Source: Patellaria atrata CBS 101060
Lineage: Eukaryota
Length of the DNA: 64,000 nucleotides
Direction of reading: 5' to 3'
Assembly (NCBI GenBank): GCA_010093705.1
Contig: MU006089.1
Span: 1,428,455-1,492,454 of the forward strand
Each line of letters starts with the position of its first letter. Within the stretch, counting starts at the first letter, position 1. Shown here piece by piece: positions 48,201 to 60,700 of this stretch. A program made the translations under genes and the position numbers. The notes below the pieces were generated by a model, which saw only the letters and a program-made list of their open reading frames with translations, was not told the DNA's origin and made no database searches.

Positions 48201-51200
48201 GCACACCACCACTGCTAACTTGGGCGAGATTTGACCAAGTGTTACGAGTTAGCTCTCCGTTTTTACAGGTCGTTTTTGTAAAAAGTCTGCAACTAAAAAA
48301 GCCTGTATAGGGCATGGACCAGCTCTCCAGTCTCCAACAGTCGGGTTTTTCATTATTATGATTATTTTAGCGGTGGATGGGAACGGCGGAGCCCTGGGCT
48401 TGATCATTATTGATCATACACTTCTTACCCATCCACCAGTCAGGATCATCCATACAACAGTTTGCCCAGTTAAAAGTGAGTAACAAGCTCCCAGCCCTTT
48501 CAAAGCTCCTGCAGCAGTAGCACGAAATAGTGCACCATCAGCAGCCTCGTTGAGTCCTTGAGCTGATGATGGATCATGGTCTTCCCATTTCATACAGGGG
48601 CTTGTGTCCGCTCGAAGCCTTGAATCATGCTGGGCACGCATCGAACATGCATCCATGATCAGACTCATATGTACCTAACGCAGTCTCACACACACACCCA
48701 TACGGAGTAGAGGATTTTGAGTGGCCACCGTGTTGCGGCCGCGGTCAGTGTGTGCTTGTCAAGACTCTGACATACTCAAGACTTGCAGCCGCTGTTCTCG
48801 TCTATAGACAGCTTTTCGGGCGCGCAGTATCACTTCCCATGCTCGCAGAATCCACACGCTGTAACAATCTGCGACTCTCTCTGCATGCGTCCTTTTCTCC
48901 TTTGTCTTGGTTTGATTTCCATGACTGGAACCATACCATATCAGGTCAAGTCCTTCTTTTCAATGGCCGTGTCAAACCGATGGCGCCGATGTCTCTAGGG
49001 TTTCTAAGAATACAGTAGTGGAAACTGGCAAGAAGAGAAGGCCTTGACCTGGGCATGTTCCAAAGCTGTTCCCTCACACACCGGCTGGCTGGGCTGGCAC
49101 GGCTGGTCGCACGCGGCGGCTTTAAGCCTTGGGGCAATAATGAGGCGGAGGCGAAAACTATGTCGCAAGAAAAATGAATGGTGTTGCACAAGGCGACTAC
49201 TGGAATAATTATTAATGCATAATTGTATACCTAGGTATCCCACCAGTTAACACAAAACAGCAGTCGTCGTAGTCCTTCAGCCACATACTGGTTAGGAAGC
49301 CGCCAGTTGCCGATGAGCAATATACCGTACAGGTCAGCGATTAGCAGTTATTAAGGAGGAATGGCGGGCAACTCATCCAGCGGGCGTGCGGATTCCCGGA
49401 CTCACAACAGTGCTGTTGGGACCACCTAATAATAATAAGAGAGAAATCAGTGTATGTCTGTATGACCGATGTTTATCCACCACTTTGCAGCCTTCAGTAA
49501 ATTGAGCAAATCTTTTTCACAGTGACGCCTACAGATTTGCACATGCCCTAATCCCAGCCAACCGTTGAGCGAAATGTCTCTGGATCTCCAGCCTATCACT
49601 CATTCAAGTAAGGGGCTTACGAGTACTGTCCGAGCAAGCGCGCTCCTAAGGAACATTCTCAGGAGTGCTCCCAATAATAACGCTGTAAATCTTTGATAAC
49701 CTCTCTTGAACAAGGAATCATAATTCATCAGACCGAAACCATGACGAAGTTGGGGAAGTGCCGGTCGATGCAGATCTTGCGACGTTGCGCTCAGACACAC
49801 ACCTAACGGCACGGTCTCGTAGCTAATCTTGGTTACCGCTTAAGGCCCTGGCAGGTGGATACTGGATACAGCAGTAAGGTATGCCAACCGTTTTTGCTTG
49901 CAAATAATACGAGGCCTGGGTAATCTGATGGTTGTTGAAACTTTGTTCTTGTACTTGTTGGTGCAATAATCTTTATAAATCGCATTTGCTTTTGAGATTT
50001 GGATTTCGTCCACGGTGTAGCTGAGATAACATGGTAAATGATCGTACTGTACGCTGTCAGACTTCCAGCGGATTCAGCAGTTCTTTCAAGGCCCCCACCG
50101 ACACAATAATTGCCTTCTTACAGAAAAACCGAGTTCAACATTCCAGTCGCCGTATTCCTTTACCGGTCAAATATGCAAGGCATGATTGGTTCTGTGAAGG
50201 AGATGAATCCTCCTTCATTGGCTATAAGCCACTGTTCGTTTACCGGTCAACACCTTTGCGGGATACCTTGCCAACGATGAAGAACTGTCAATTCCCTATT
50301 CAGTTGAATAATTACTTTTCAGCAACCAATCAAGAGGGTTTATACGCTCGTTTTCGCCCCAGTTGTCCTTTCGAACCTCTTCGCTTTCCCGCGGCGTGAT
50401 CAGCAGACTTTGACACGATCGGCCTTTTTCTGTTGAGACGAGTTTATGTGGATATGAACTAGTGGGGAGTGCTCTAGCAACGTGGCAGTAGTATCACCTC
50501 TCGCCGCTCGTTGAAGTCAATCGAACAGTTGTACTGTATTGATCCCAATAAGTTAGTATCAGATCAACAGTTAGGACTCACCGTCACCACTTTTCTCAGC
50601 TGCAATACTTTCACAATAGGCGAAACCCACGGTTTCGCTAGTCGCCACTTCGATACGGTTGGTGGACATGATATTTGATAATAGACCTCGGGTAACTGGA
50701 GTGGTCTAGAACTCACTTTGACCCGCTGAATCACCCGCTTGGGGCACTTTGTTTCTCTGACGGAATCCCGATCTTTGCATGTACAGTAACATCCCCTAGG
50801 CTCATACAGTAAACATGTGCTACCCCTACCGGCATGCCGCTATCCATCCTGCTAAAGCGACCGTCATAAGCTTAGAACCGGGTGATGGCATAAGCGCGGC
50901 CTGATTTGCTGAAGCGTCTTCATATCGGATGCCCCAGGTGCATGGCAGTGGATGCATCATGTCTTCACAGTTACGGCACAGTCGATATTTTTACTTTCCG
51001 CTTTCCATGATTTATTGTAGTTCGATCCGCAGGGAAGCATTAGCTATGCACCGGCCTTACGGGCCTATTATCACATTAGCAACCTTTTCTGGAGTTGTTT
51101 CTGAGTACTACAGGAATTTCTGTAAACGATAATGGTGTACACACCTGAAAGTTTGATAGTCATGAGCAAGTGGCCTCTCGTAGCTTTTACTGGTTGTTTA

Positions 51201-53958
51201 ACTTATCTCACCGCCTGCGGATCGATCATCTTGGGTTTAAGGGCTGTGTTTAGAACTAGCGTGTTAGATGAGTAGATCTGTGTTGTTTACCTCAGCAATT
51301 CCACATGACTTACATACTGTATCTGTATCCAACCCCTCACTTCCTTCAGGAGTCACCCCGCTACGATATGGATTATCCCGAAGGTTGCGAATGTTGTTGA
51401 CGGAGGCGTGACGGGCATGTTAATTATTGGCTCTGCAAGGTTTTCCTTGAGCGGCTACCCACCTACGTACGTCCCAATGACATTCATGCTTCTACCAACA
51501 CGCGGCAAATGCATAAAGGTATCCGATACTGTCTCTTGACCATTCAGCCCCAACATAGCCGTTAAATCTCACCAGCCGCTTCCAAACAACTACTGGAATT
51601 GATGTGATCCAGGATAGCGTCAATAATGCTCCTTAAAGTTCGTTGCCGTTTATTTTGTCTTCAGCCGCAAAGGGCATAGGGCCTCGTCCTCATCTGTCCA
51701 AGCTTTGGGCCAAGAGTTTCACAGAGATGACATCAGGCTTATCGTCAACTTTATTGGTCATAAATAAGATGTGGCTTTCTCGTGCTTTAACGTCCATCAC
51801 ACCGTTCACACCGCCCCGCAAAGGAAGCATGTGTGCGAGCGTTGGCTAAGAGATGGTTTGAACACTATTCTGGTCGTTATGCTTTTCATGATACAGCCTC
51901 TTCTGGAATTAACCAACTAATATCGCGGGGAGCAGCTAGGTGAAGCGTAATGAAAATATCAAAAGCTACTCGATATCAAACAATTATTTCACGTGCTGTT
52001 GCTGAAACGGACATGCTTACAAGAGCAAAAGCCTTACTAGAAAGGGGGAAATCTGGAAGATAATACAATCTGATACTAAATTTCGATCTTTTTTGTCCGA
52101 ACCCACATAATTACTTTTGCGTGATAAACGGGTTTGAAGATGATGAGCTGTGCAGGTGATCATGCGTCTTTGTCTGACTTAAAGATAGGATTCTTCCACA
52201 GTAATGATAGATCAAATGTCTAAATGTTAGCAAGTTATAATATCCGACAAGTCGTCATTGTGACTGACTTATGAGGTTGTGTTGGCCTGAGTCCTTTGGC
52301 GTCCAGTTGACGGGGCTGATGCTCTCGTATCCCTATTGTTGGACGTTAGGTTCTACGGACAATCAAGGGTTATCCGGAGCTATTCTATGATTGAGTCGTG
52401 CTGAACGCGTTGAATGAAGTCTTCCAGAACAAAATCATCGATGTAATCTGCGATACTTTTAGTCTTCGGTCCTTAGGGACCTCTCCGTGAGACTTCGTAG
52501 CTGGGTGAGTCCCCTGCTTCTTGCTGCAATAGAACTCCGGTGTTGATGTATTCTTCTGGAAGCTTCCGTTAGACGCTGAGAACACCAACCTTCGAAGTAT
52601 CCGTGACAGTGGAACTGGTATGCTGGATTGAATTACCGAGAACATGTGTTGCCAGAGTCTCTTGAGGGATGTTTGGGTATCATAAATTCCTAGCTACTTC
52701 GTTGACGATACACTAACAAGACAGAACAATGAATGTGGATGGGATATGGAACATTGACAACTGACAGTGTAATCGAACGACGAATAAAAATGAGCAGTAC
52801 CTGGGTTAGGGAACTGTAACGCAGGATAGGACTACATGAGACTAAACACTTACCATTCCAACAATGGCAAAGAAACTCGCATTATGAAAGAAAAGTATAG
52901 CATACCATGGTTCTGATAGCTTTAGCATCCCTACATAGACGATCCGCAACCAGTTTACCACGGAAAGACAATCGATTGATCTAAGCTTGATTGACGGTCT
53001 GGAGATGTAGTATATAGGAAGAAGCGGGAGATCTAGAGTCTTGACATCGACGATACTATTATAGAAGCTTAGCAACATGTCCCAAAGCTTGAATGTACCG
53101 GATTGAAAAGAGGGTTGAATAATGGCGGCATTCTCGAGCGGCAAGTCTCTGACCTTGGGGTAGAAGGTCGAGCTTTAAAGTAGACCAATGCGTTGTTTCG
53201 CACCGCTGAGGAATATGTCACTGTGGAATCGAATGAATATGCACTACCTTACTGCCTCGCTATCGATGACACCTCGTTCGGAGTTGGGAGTCAGAAGTCG
53301 GAATAATGTTTACACAGTTTTTCCGAGCTTAACCTATAAATTCCCCAACTCAAACTAACTGCATTCATCTAGAATCTCCGTTATTGCCCTCCTCAACCTC
53401 CCCTGGTCCTTGGTCCTTTCGACGTCCTCTACACTAATTAAAATTACCCAACGTGCGACTATCCGTAACACAAACCTAGGGACGTGAGAAAAGGGGAAGA
53501 CATCATTTACATGAGATAACAAGGCCTCTTGTCCTGTGAAAGAAGAGAAAAGAAGAGGAGAAAAAAAGAAGACCTGCCGTAAGCTGGTGACGTAGAGAGT
53601 CATATCTCTCTTGACGAAACAGTGAAATACTAAATTCATATCTTCATAAGTATAGTTGCGCTTCCATCAGGAAAAGGTTCGCCCGCCTATTACCTCCTAA
53701 TAACGTGTGAATATGGATTGTATGTGTAGACATAGAGCGCACTCTATGCCGCTTCATTTCTGTGAATAGGATCGGACTGCGTGAACAGTAAACCGATGAG
53801 TTCCCGCTGCAGCTTTAGACATTCCCGCTCGGTGTTACATGGAGAACAAAAGCGTTCTTTCCTGCTGGATAACATCTACGTATATGGCCCAGACAATTTT
53901 TGAATCAAGCCGGCCGGTTCATTCTAGAACGATGGACATATTTTAGAATCCTAAGAGG

Positions 53959-56140
53959 TCAGGTCGCGCCCGGTGTGAAATCCATGGTATTATAACTGAA
54001 AGGATTTAAAATTTCGTTAGACAAATCAGCACCGGCGCTCCCCAAAAGCGTGTCCATATTATCGAAAGCATAGTCGAAATTCAACCAGTCGGAGGAGTCG
54101 GACAAGCCCAACCCATTCGAACCTGTTCCGTCAGGACTCGGATTATTGGCGGCTGGTTGGCCTGTGATATTTCCATTAATGTCGAAAGTTAGAGTGTTGG
54201 AGAGAGATCCATTGCTAGCTATTTCCAAATGGGGGTTGAGACTATTGTCTGTTGGGGTAGGGTAGCCATGCGCCGGGACGCGTGCTTTGGTGGTCGCAAT
54301 GATCGAAGAGATACTCGCAACCTGCTGAACTGAAGGGACCACACTCGTAGAACGCCGATCTCTGGAATCAGCTCTATTCGCCTTTTGCAATGCCGCTCGC
54401 CCAAGGTCTTCCATAGCCCCTGCTGACCACCAAGCCGTCCTAAGTTTATTGAGTAACGTGCAACAAGTCTTCATCTCTTCTTTCGCCCTTAACCTATGCA
54501 TCTGTAATTTTCTCTGTCGAAATTGACGGTAGACCACTGCCATGGCCAAAGAAAGGGCGTACGGTACAATCGGTAGTGGCGGAAGGTTTTCGGGGCAGTC
54601 TGTCTTTAATATCGATATTACCTGAACGGCTGAGAGGCTCTGTCTAGTGTAACTGGCAGTTTCTCGAATCGGATCGTTGACGCTCTTTGACATATGAGAT
54701 GCCATAGACACAGCGTGATAGAAAAGATATAGACCGGCTATGGAAATATTAGTGAGCCAAATTGCATGAGATGACAAAAGGCTATCTTACCAAGGATTGG
54801 GCCTCCCAACCTTTCTTCCACACTTTCGCCCCTCTCATCTAGAATCATGTCCTCGAACGACGGGAAGTTGTCTTCCCAACCGGTGGTAGAAGCATTATCT
54901 ACCCCAGGACGATAGTAGCTGACCACTTTATCCATGGCTTGTGAAAGTTGTAGCCAAATGCCAAATGCAGTACCTTTATGTTTAGAAATTGCATTACTAA
55001 GGTTCAGGCTCGCATCTTGATCATGTATCATCAATGGACGTGAATTAATAGTCCCGTTCACCCTATCAAGAGTCCAGAGGCACCAATATAAGTCCTCTAA
55101 GGAGTCATCGTGACGATGTTTTCCATTTGGGCCAAACTGTAATCCAATGGTGTGAGCATGATGGATTGCTTGAGCTAAATGCATGGATGCCTGTTCTGCC
55201 CCGTCGAAGCCTTCACAATGAAGGGCCAGTAATGCAAATACCTGAATGAGAATAATTCTATCACTCTCTAATTTTGCTTCAATCGACGCAATAGTAGCGG
55301 CGTACAACGTTTTGGCGAAGTCGCGAGGAGGGAGTACTTCATCATTAGAGAGTATCAAGTGGATTCGAGCTTTATCATGCTTGCATGCTACAATACAGAT
55401 GGTTTGCATCAAGAGTCGCGACTGCCGGCCATCGGCATATTGAGATTGCACCTCTTGCTGATCCACAATGGGCAGGATTGGTTGAACAAAAGAGAAAAAG
55501 ATGTCAAGTAAGGCATCTAGATGCTTTCGAGGCGGTAGAAGATAAGCGCCTACGGCTTCAAGGTACGCATTGAGGGCTAACTGACAGGCATTCGACCTTT
55601 CCGGGGCCTTCCTGATAGATAATTCAGACCTAGGACCCGCGCGTCTTGTTGCCTTAGTAGAGCTCTTTCTATCGTCAGTCACCCACATGCCGCAGGTATT
55701 GTCAGATTTTGTGCCCTCATTGTCTCGTAATTGAGATCGAAGTGCAGCTTCCGGACTGAGATATCCCACAAATCTAGGGGGCGTACTAGCTCGCAATGTT
55801 GGGCGTCCCTTCTCAATGGGCCTTGTAGGTGTGTATCTCGTCGTTTCTTGCCTAGAAGATGTGTGGTTCCGGCCTGCAGTTTCGGGTAAGACGTGGACGT
55901 TGTCTTTCGTCTGAGAAGTCGGATCAAGGACGGTTGAAGACGTAGGGTCAGTAGAGACATCGTCATCGAATGTGTGGCTACACCGTTTCTATGAATAAAT
56001 TAACATATAGTGTTCGTAATGAAAACTCGATGGATTTATCCGCTTACTCTCTTTCTCTTGCAGGGTTCGCAGGCTCGATGTACTCTTTTTCGCTTCCGAA
56101 AGAAGTCATTGTTAGCAGCGAAAGTGATCATAGTAGACAT
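53959..56140 (-). CDS. Fungal-specific transcription factor (Fungal_trans domain) with a truncated Zn-cluster, 3 exons
   Basis: Exons 56140-56048, 55988-54791 and 54737-53959. N-terminus RKRKRVHRACEPCKRKR|KRCSH. Middle homology region FFSFVQPILPIVD...LAQAIHHAHTIGL...LYWCLWTLDR...SRPLMI. Also LPPLPIVPYALSL and an acidic C-terminus. Confidence 0.88.
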
Positions 56141-56478
56141 CTTGTGAATCCTGGGCAAATGCTCACAGAGTATTCTCTGAAGCACTTTGATCTACCTTCG
56201 TGTTTATGGCTGAGGTTAGAGCCCACTAATAAGAGCATCGGATGTGCGTTCTTTGTTGTTTTCCCCGGCTACCTAAAGATCTAAATCGATAGTTCTACGG
56301 GAGCCTATAAGGACGTTAACGAAATGAAATGGAGCATCTCTCACTTAATCGCTACAATTTCATGACCTTACAGTTTCTTAAGGAAAGCTGACGTGGAGGT
56401 AAAGGAGAATAATCTGTAAGACTACTATCAATTTGAATCTCAATTCTTATACCGTCCATTCCCCTTTTTAGTCTTGTC

Positions 56479-57180
56479 TTACTCCCTTTCCCCATCCCCC
56501 TTTAACTGCTCCCTCAGAGTCGCCCTACACTCCTCCAACGCTTTCCCCAGCAAATTCCTTCCCCATCTCTCGCGATTCTTCTCCGCATTGTTTGCCCCAA
56601 ATCCAATCCCCCAGATCCTATCCATCGGACTAGCCTCAACCAGCTCCCTCCCGCCAGTCTCCAATAACCTACTCCTCAGCGCTGCGGCATTCTCCGAGAG
56701 TGTGAACTTAAGCACCGTACCCTGAAATACGATAGCGTACTTCTTCTTGTCCCAGAGGTCTGGATCGAATGGCGTGACTTGTCGACCAAGTGCTTTGTGC
56801 TGCTTTGGCGTGCTGGCGCTAAGCATCTTCTGTGCTACTGCCTTTGGGAAAGTCAGACATAACGAAAGTAATGTACAGAGTACGTCGAGGAGACAAAGGG
56901 ATACCTCGTCCCCAAACAATCTCGCTTTCTGAACCATCATCCACTCCTCCGCGGTTCTATATCTCGTGCCTTCGAACTCAAAAGGGGACTCGTACCATTG
57001 CGACATAAACGAATTCGGTTCACCATTGTTACGCCAGAAAAATACCGGCCCTTCCTCTACGGATTGACTTCCCGTAGCATTTTCCACGGCTTTTTCAGCT
57101 TTTGCTTTCTCTTTCAATGTCGATGTAGCTCTAGATTGGGCCTTTGCCTTCGTAACTTTCGACCGAGTTATTGCGGTCAT
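56479..57180 (-). CDS. NADAR/YbiA (DUF1768) N-glycosidase family protein
   Basis: VFFW, FMSQWYESPF, TAEEWMMVQKARLFGD, KALGRQV, LVEASPMDRIWGIG, WGRNLLGKAL. Probable 63-nt in-frame intron 56842-56904. Confidence 0.92.
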   Translation of the reverse strand: MTAITRSKVTKAKAQSRATSTLKEKAKAEKAVENATGSQSVEEGPVFFWRNNGEPNSFMSQWYESPFEFEGTRYRTAEEWMMVQKARLFGDEVSLCLLDVLCTLLSLCLTFPKAVAQKMLSASTPKQHKALGRQVTPFDPDLWDKKKYAIVFQGTVLKFTLSENAAALRSRLLETGGRELVEASPMDRIWGIGFGANNAEKNRERWGRNLLGKALEECRATLREQLKGDGERE

Positions 57181-57736
57181 GTTTTTATCTCAACGCTGGT
57201 ATATATAAGGTCCCTAATAGGGTACGAGTAGGTTCATTCGGTACACCGCTAATCTTTTGAGGGCAAAAGGTCTGATCGGGGAACCAATATTCGGGGGAAA
57301 CGGTCGCATACTTGTAGTAACAGCGTAAAATCGGGTTCAAAGGTGGCTATGCGCGTGATATGTCCCAGCTAAAGGTTGACGTTGGAAATACTTAAATATT
57401 ATTGGTCCACTTGAATGGCTTATACAAAAAGCCCACAGTAGGAAATACTTGAGTCATACCAAGTCACTTTATCCTTACGGTGACTGTCTACGACCACCTG
57501 ATTACAAGTTTGAACACGGATTTCATTGTTCTCCATACACCATGCAACGGGCGGCGAGGACTTGATACATACAATTTTGACATGAAACCTGAAGATTGAC
57601 GAACTTAAACCTGACGCTCAAAGACAGCAAGACGTCTCCTTTTACAGATCCAAATATCCTACAGTTGCTCATAAAGTCATTCATACCTTTTATGCACGAT
57701 CCCAGATGCCACAAATCATCAAACCATTCAATCTGC

Positions 57737-60700
57737 TCAACAGTTCTGCAAGTAATTACTGGGCACCAATCCCGGCCTTCCGTTCTTCCCTACAACCTCA
57801 GCTTCCCACCAACCGTCGTCTTGGAGCCTCAGGACCGCCAAGATATCTCCCTTTGCGAACGACAACTCTTCAGGGATAGCAGCTTGATACATATACATCG
57901 CCCTCGCTTTGTTAAAGTTAGCACATTGCAAGCGAACAACTAATAGATGGACTAAAGAACACTCACAATAATGCAAAATCGGACGTCCATCCTTAGTGTA
58001 CTGTCTCGGCTCCGCAACACTCTTGCTCCTCATCCTACTTACCTGCCCTCCACCACTCCATCCAGGATCTCCTGACCCACCTCCGCTACTACTACCGTAG
58101 TAGCTAAGCGGTCTTTGTCCCGCAGATGAGCCTCCTCTTTGGCTCCCACCGTACACGGAACCTTCAGAGGGAGCTGGTGCAAGCTGCAACGCCATATCGG
58201 AGCCCCTGCTGCTGCTCGGACGCTCTTGCTGTCTGAATTGTGGCGCCGGCGACACAGCGCGCGAAATCGGCTGTTGCGGCTGTCTTGTGAACTGCGGTTG
58301 GGGAGAGACAGCTCGAGGCTGCTGCTGCGGTTGCCTCGTATATTGTGGTTGCGGAGACACCGACCGAGCTTGTTGCTGGGATTGCCTTGCGTATTGCGGT
58401 TGGGGCGATGCCGCTCGAGGTTGTTGCTGTACTGACCTCGTAAACTGTGGTTGTGGAGAGACAGTTCGAGGCTGCTGTTGCGCCGGCCTCGTGAAATGGG
58501 GCTGGGGTGAAATAGCTCGGGGCTGTTGTTGTACCGGCCTTGTAAGTTGGGGTTGCGGAGAGCTAGCTCGGGGCTGCTGTTGTGCTGGTTTTGTAGATTG
58601 CGGCTGTGGTGAAGGAGCCCGAGTTTGCTGCTGTTGCGGAGGCCTGGTGAATTGGAGTTGTGGAGACAAATCTTTGGGTATTTGCCCGGGTGATCCACCT
58701 CGGGAGCCATAGCTTCCATAATCACGAGGCTTGATAGGGCTGCTCGACTGAGCGCGGGGTCGGTTGTTGGAGGCTGCGGAGTACGGGTTGGGGGATTTGG
58801 CTCGTGACGGTTGCTGTTGCTGTTGCTGTTGCCCGTGAGAATCGCTACCATAAAGAGCTGGACGTGGACTGACAGATCGAAGAGGAGCGGGACTTGCTGT
58901 GCGAATGATTTCTTGACCACCACTATTTGCTCTGGTAGCGGGGCGGGAGGGTGAATTGCGGGACTCGTAGGGCACCCGTACGGGAGTATTGAACATGTTT
59001 GTCTTCTGATCGATATATTTTTGCGTTGTCTGCTGCATCTGGCGAGCCGTAAATGCTGGTTTCGGTGCGCCTAGCCTACTGACTGGTTGTTCATAAGAAG
59101 GAGGGGGTGTTCCACGTTGGGCGGCGCTTATGGTGCTGTTTCCCAGAGACGTTGGTATCCCCCCAACTGGCGTGGAAACCCCTGGAGTTGCAGGCGGAAT
59201 AGGCGTTGCAATTCCATGATATCTATCTGCGGACTGCCTTGTCGATGGTTGTTTCGTCGAGGCCTGTTTTGTAACTCCTTTTAGTTCAGCCAATGCCTGT
59301 GCTATGGGGTCGAGCTCCTCTTGAGTAGCTGGATCCTTCCTCGAAGCCTTTTGAATATCTGGGGAGGCAACATCGAAAACATTATTTCCAATATTTAACT
59401 GAAAATTGGCGCGTGGATCTATTGGCTCAGGACTTGAAGTCCTCCCGTTTCCAAGAATTGACCCTTGACCGTAAGAGCGTTGAGTTCCGTTTTGGGTTGG
59501 TCTAGTTTGAGTTGAGCTACCATTATTCATGTTTCTCGCTGTTGATGGGCCCCAGGTGTTGCGATTCGCAGGAGAAATGGCGGATGCGTCCTTATCATGC
59601 TTGCTCCTTCTCCTAAACGGGCTATGTGATTGGAAAAATCCACTCTTTTTCTTTTGTATTGATTTCTCATCACCGCTCCCGGATACGGCAGAGCCGTTCA
59701 TCTGTTTTACTGGAGATATAGTTCCGCTAGGTGGCTCCATGCTAGAGAATGACGTAGGGTTGGAATATTCACTCTGACTGTCTCCGCTCGGAGGACGAAC
59801 TGGGCTCACGACGGAACTACGCTCTGATGGCGGCCCAATACGGCAGAATTGCGTCATCCCATCCATTGGGTACTCGTTGTGGGGAACTTTTGGAATATCG
59901 TTGAACTGGACTTGGGATAAGTCGATAGGCGTTTGTCCAGAATACGAGACCGGAGGTGCCGACTGTTTGGATTGAATGGGTTGGGTGGATTGGGTAGGTT
60001 GAGTTTGAGGAGCAGGAGATGGCTCTTTACTCATTGGTTGAGGTGAGTGCTCTTTATGACCAAACTCCTTAGCTAAAGGATGATTGGGATCGTGATGCGA
60101 CTCGAAAACTGAAGGTTGAGGAGAAGATGTTCGGAAAGCTGGGTTCATAGTCCTTTGGAACTGTGCAACGGAGTAATTGCCCTCATCCGAGGTATCAGAC
60201 GCATTGTCATTAAGGTCTCCCCGACAAAAGTTAATGAATTTGGGAGGATCGGGGATCTCCTGGCCGGTTCCACTTTCGCGGATGAAACTGTAGATATCCT
60301 TTTCAACGTCGCAATCCTCTAGAGACAGTCGAATCTTCTCGCATGACTAAAGTGGAGGTAAGTTTTTGAAACCCAAAACAACTGGGTCAGCTTACTGCAT
60401 CGTCGCTTACGCAAACAGTAGACGCAATGTTCGCAAAAGTCCAAAGACTACTCTTCAAAAAGTCTATACGCTCCTCTTCGAGATCCTGGAATTTCTAGTC
60501 ATCACAGTCAGTGGTGAAGAGACGGTTGGGAAATATAAATCTTACGTCGCAACCGGCTTTCCAGTCCCGGTTCCATCTACCGGTAGTCTCTTCCACCATC
60601 TTCACAGCGGCCTCATATTCACTACTGGTGGTGGACAACTGGATCTGCGTCTTTTCTAGTTTGGCTTTATTTTTACGTTCTTCTTGACCCATGACCATAT

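Noticed and set aside
6218..57966. Four stop-free 3n introns (IPK1, prp4, NADAR, HOF1) as a shared system
   Set aside because: With roughly 40 short introns in the window, a few such cases are expected by chance.
58287..58712. Cys/Gly-rich 141-aa plus-strand ORF that looks like a metallothionein
   Set aside because: It is the antisense reading of the HOF1 Gln/Pro repeat, has no ATG start, and is fully explained by that repeat.
58039..58923. 294-aa alternative-frame ORF inside HOF1
   Set aside because: Stop-free because of low-complexity repeats; no independent domain signal.
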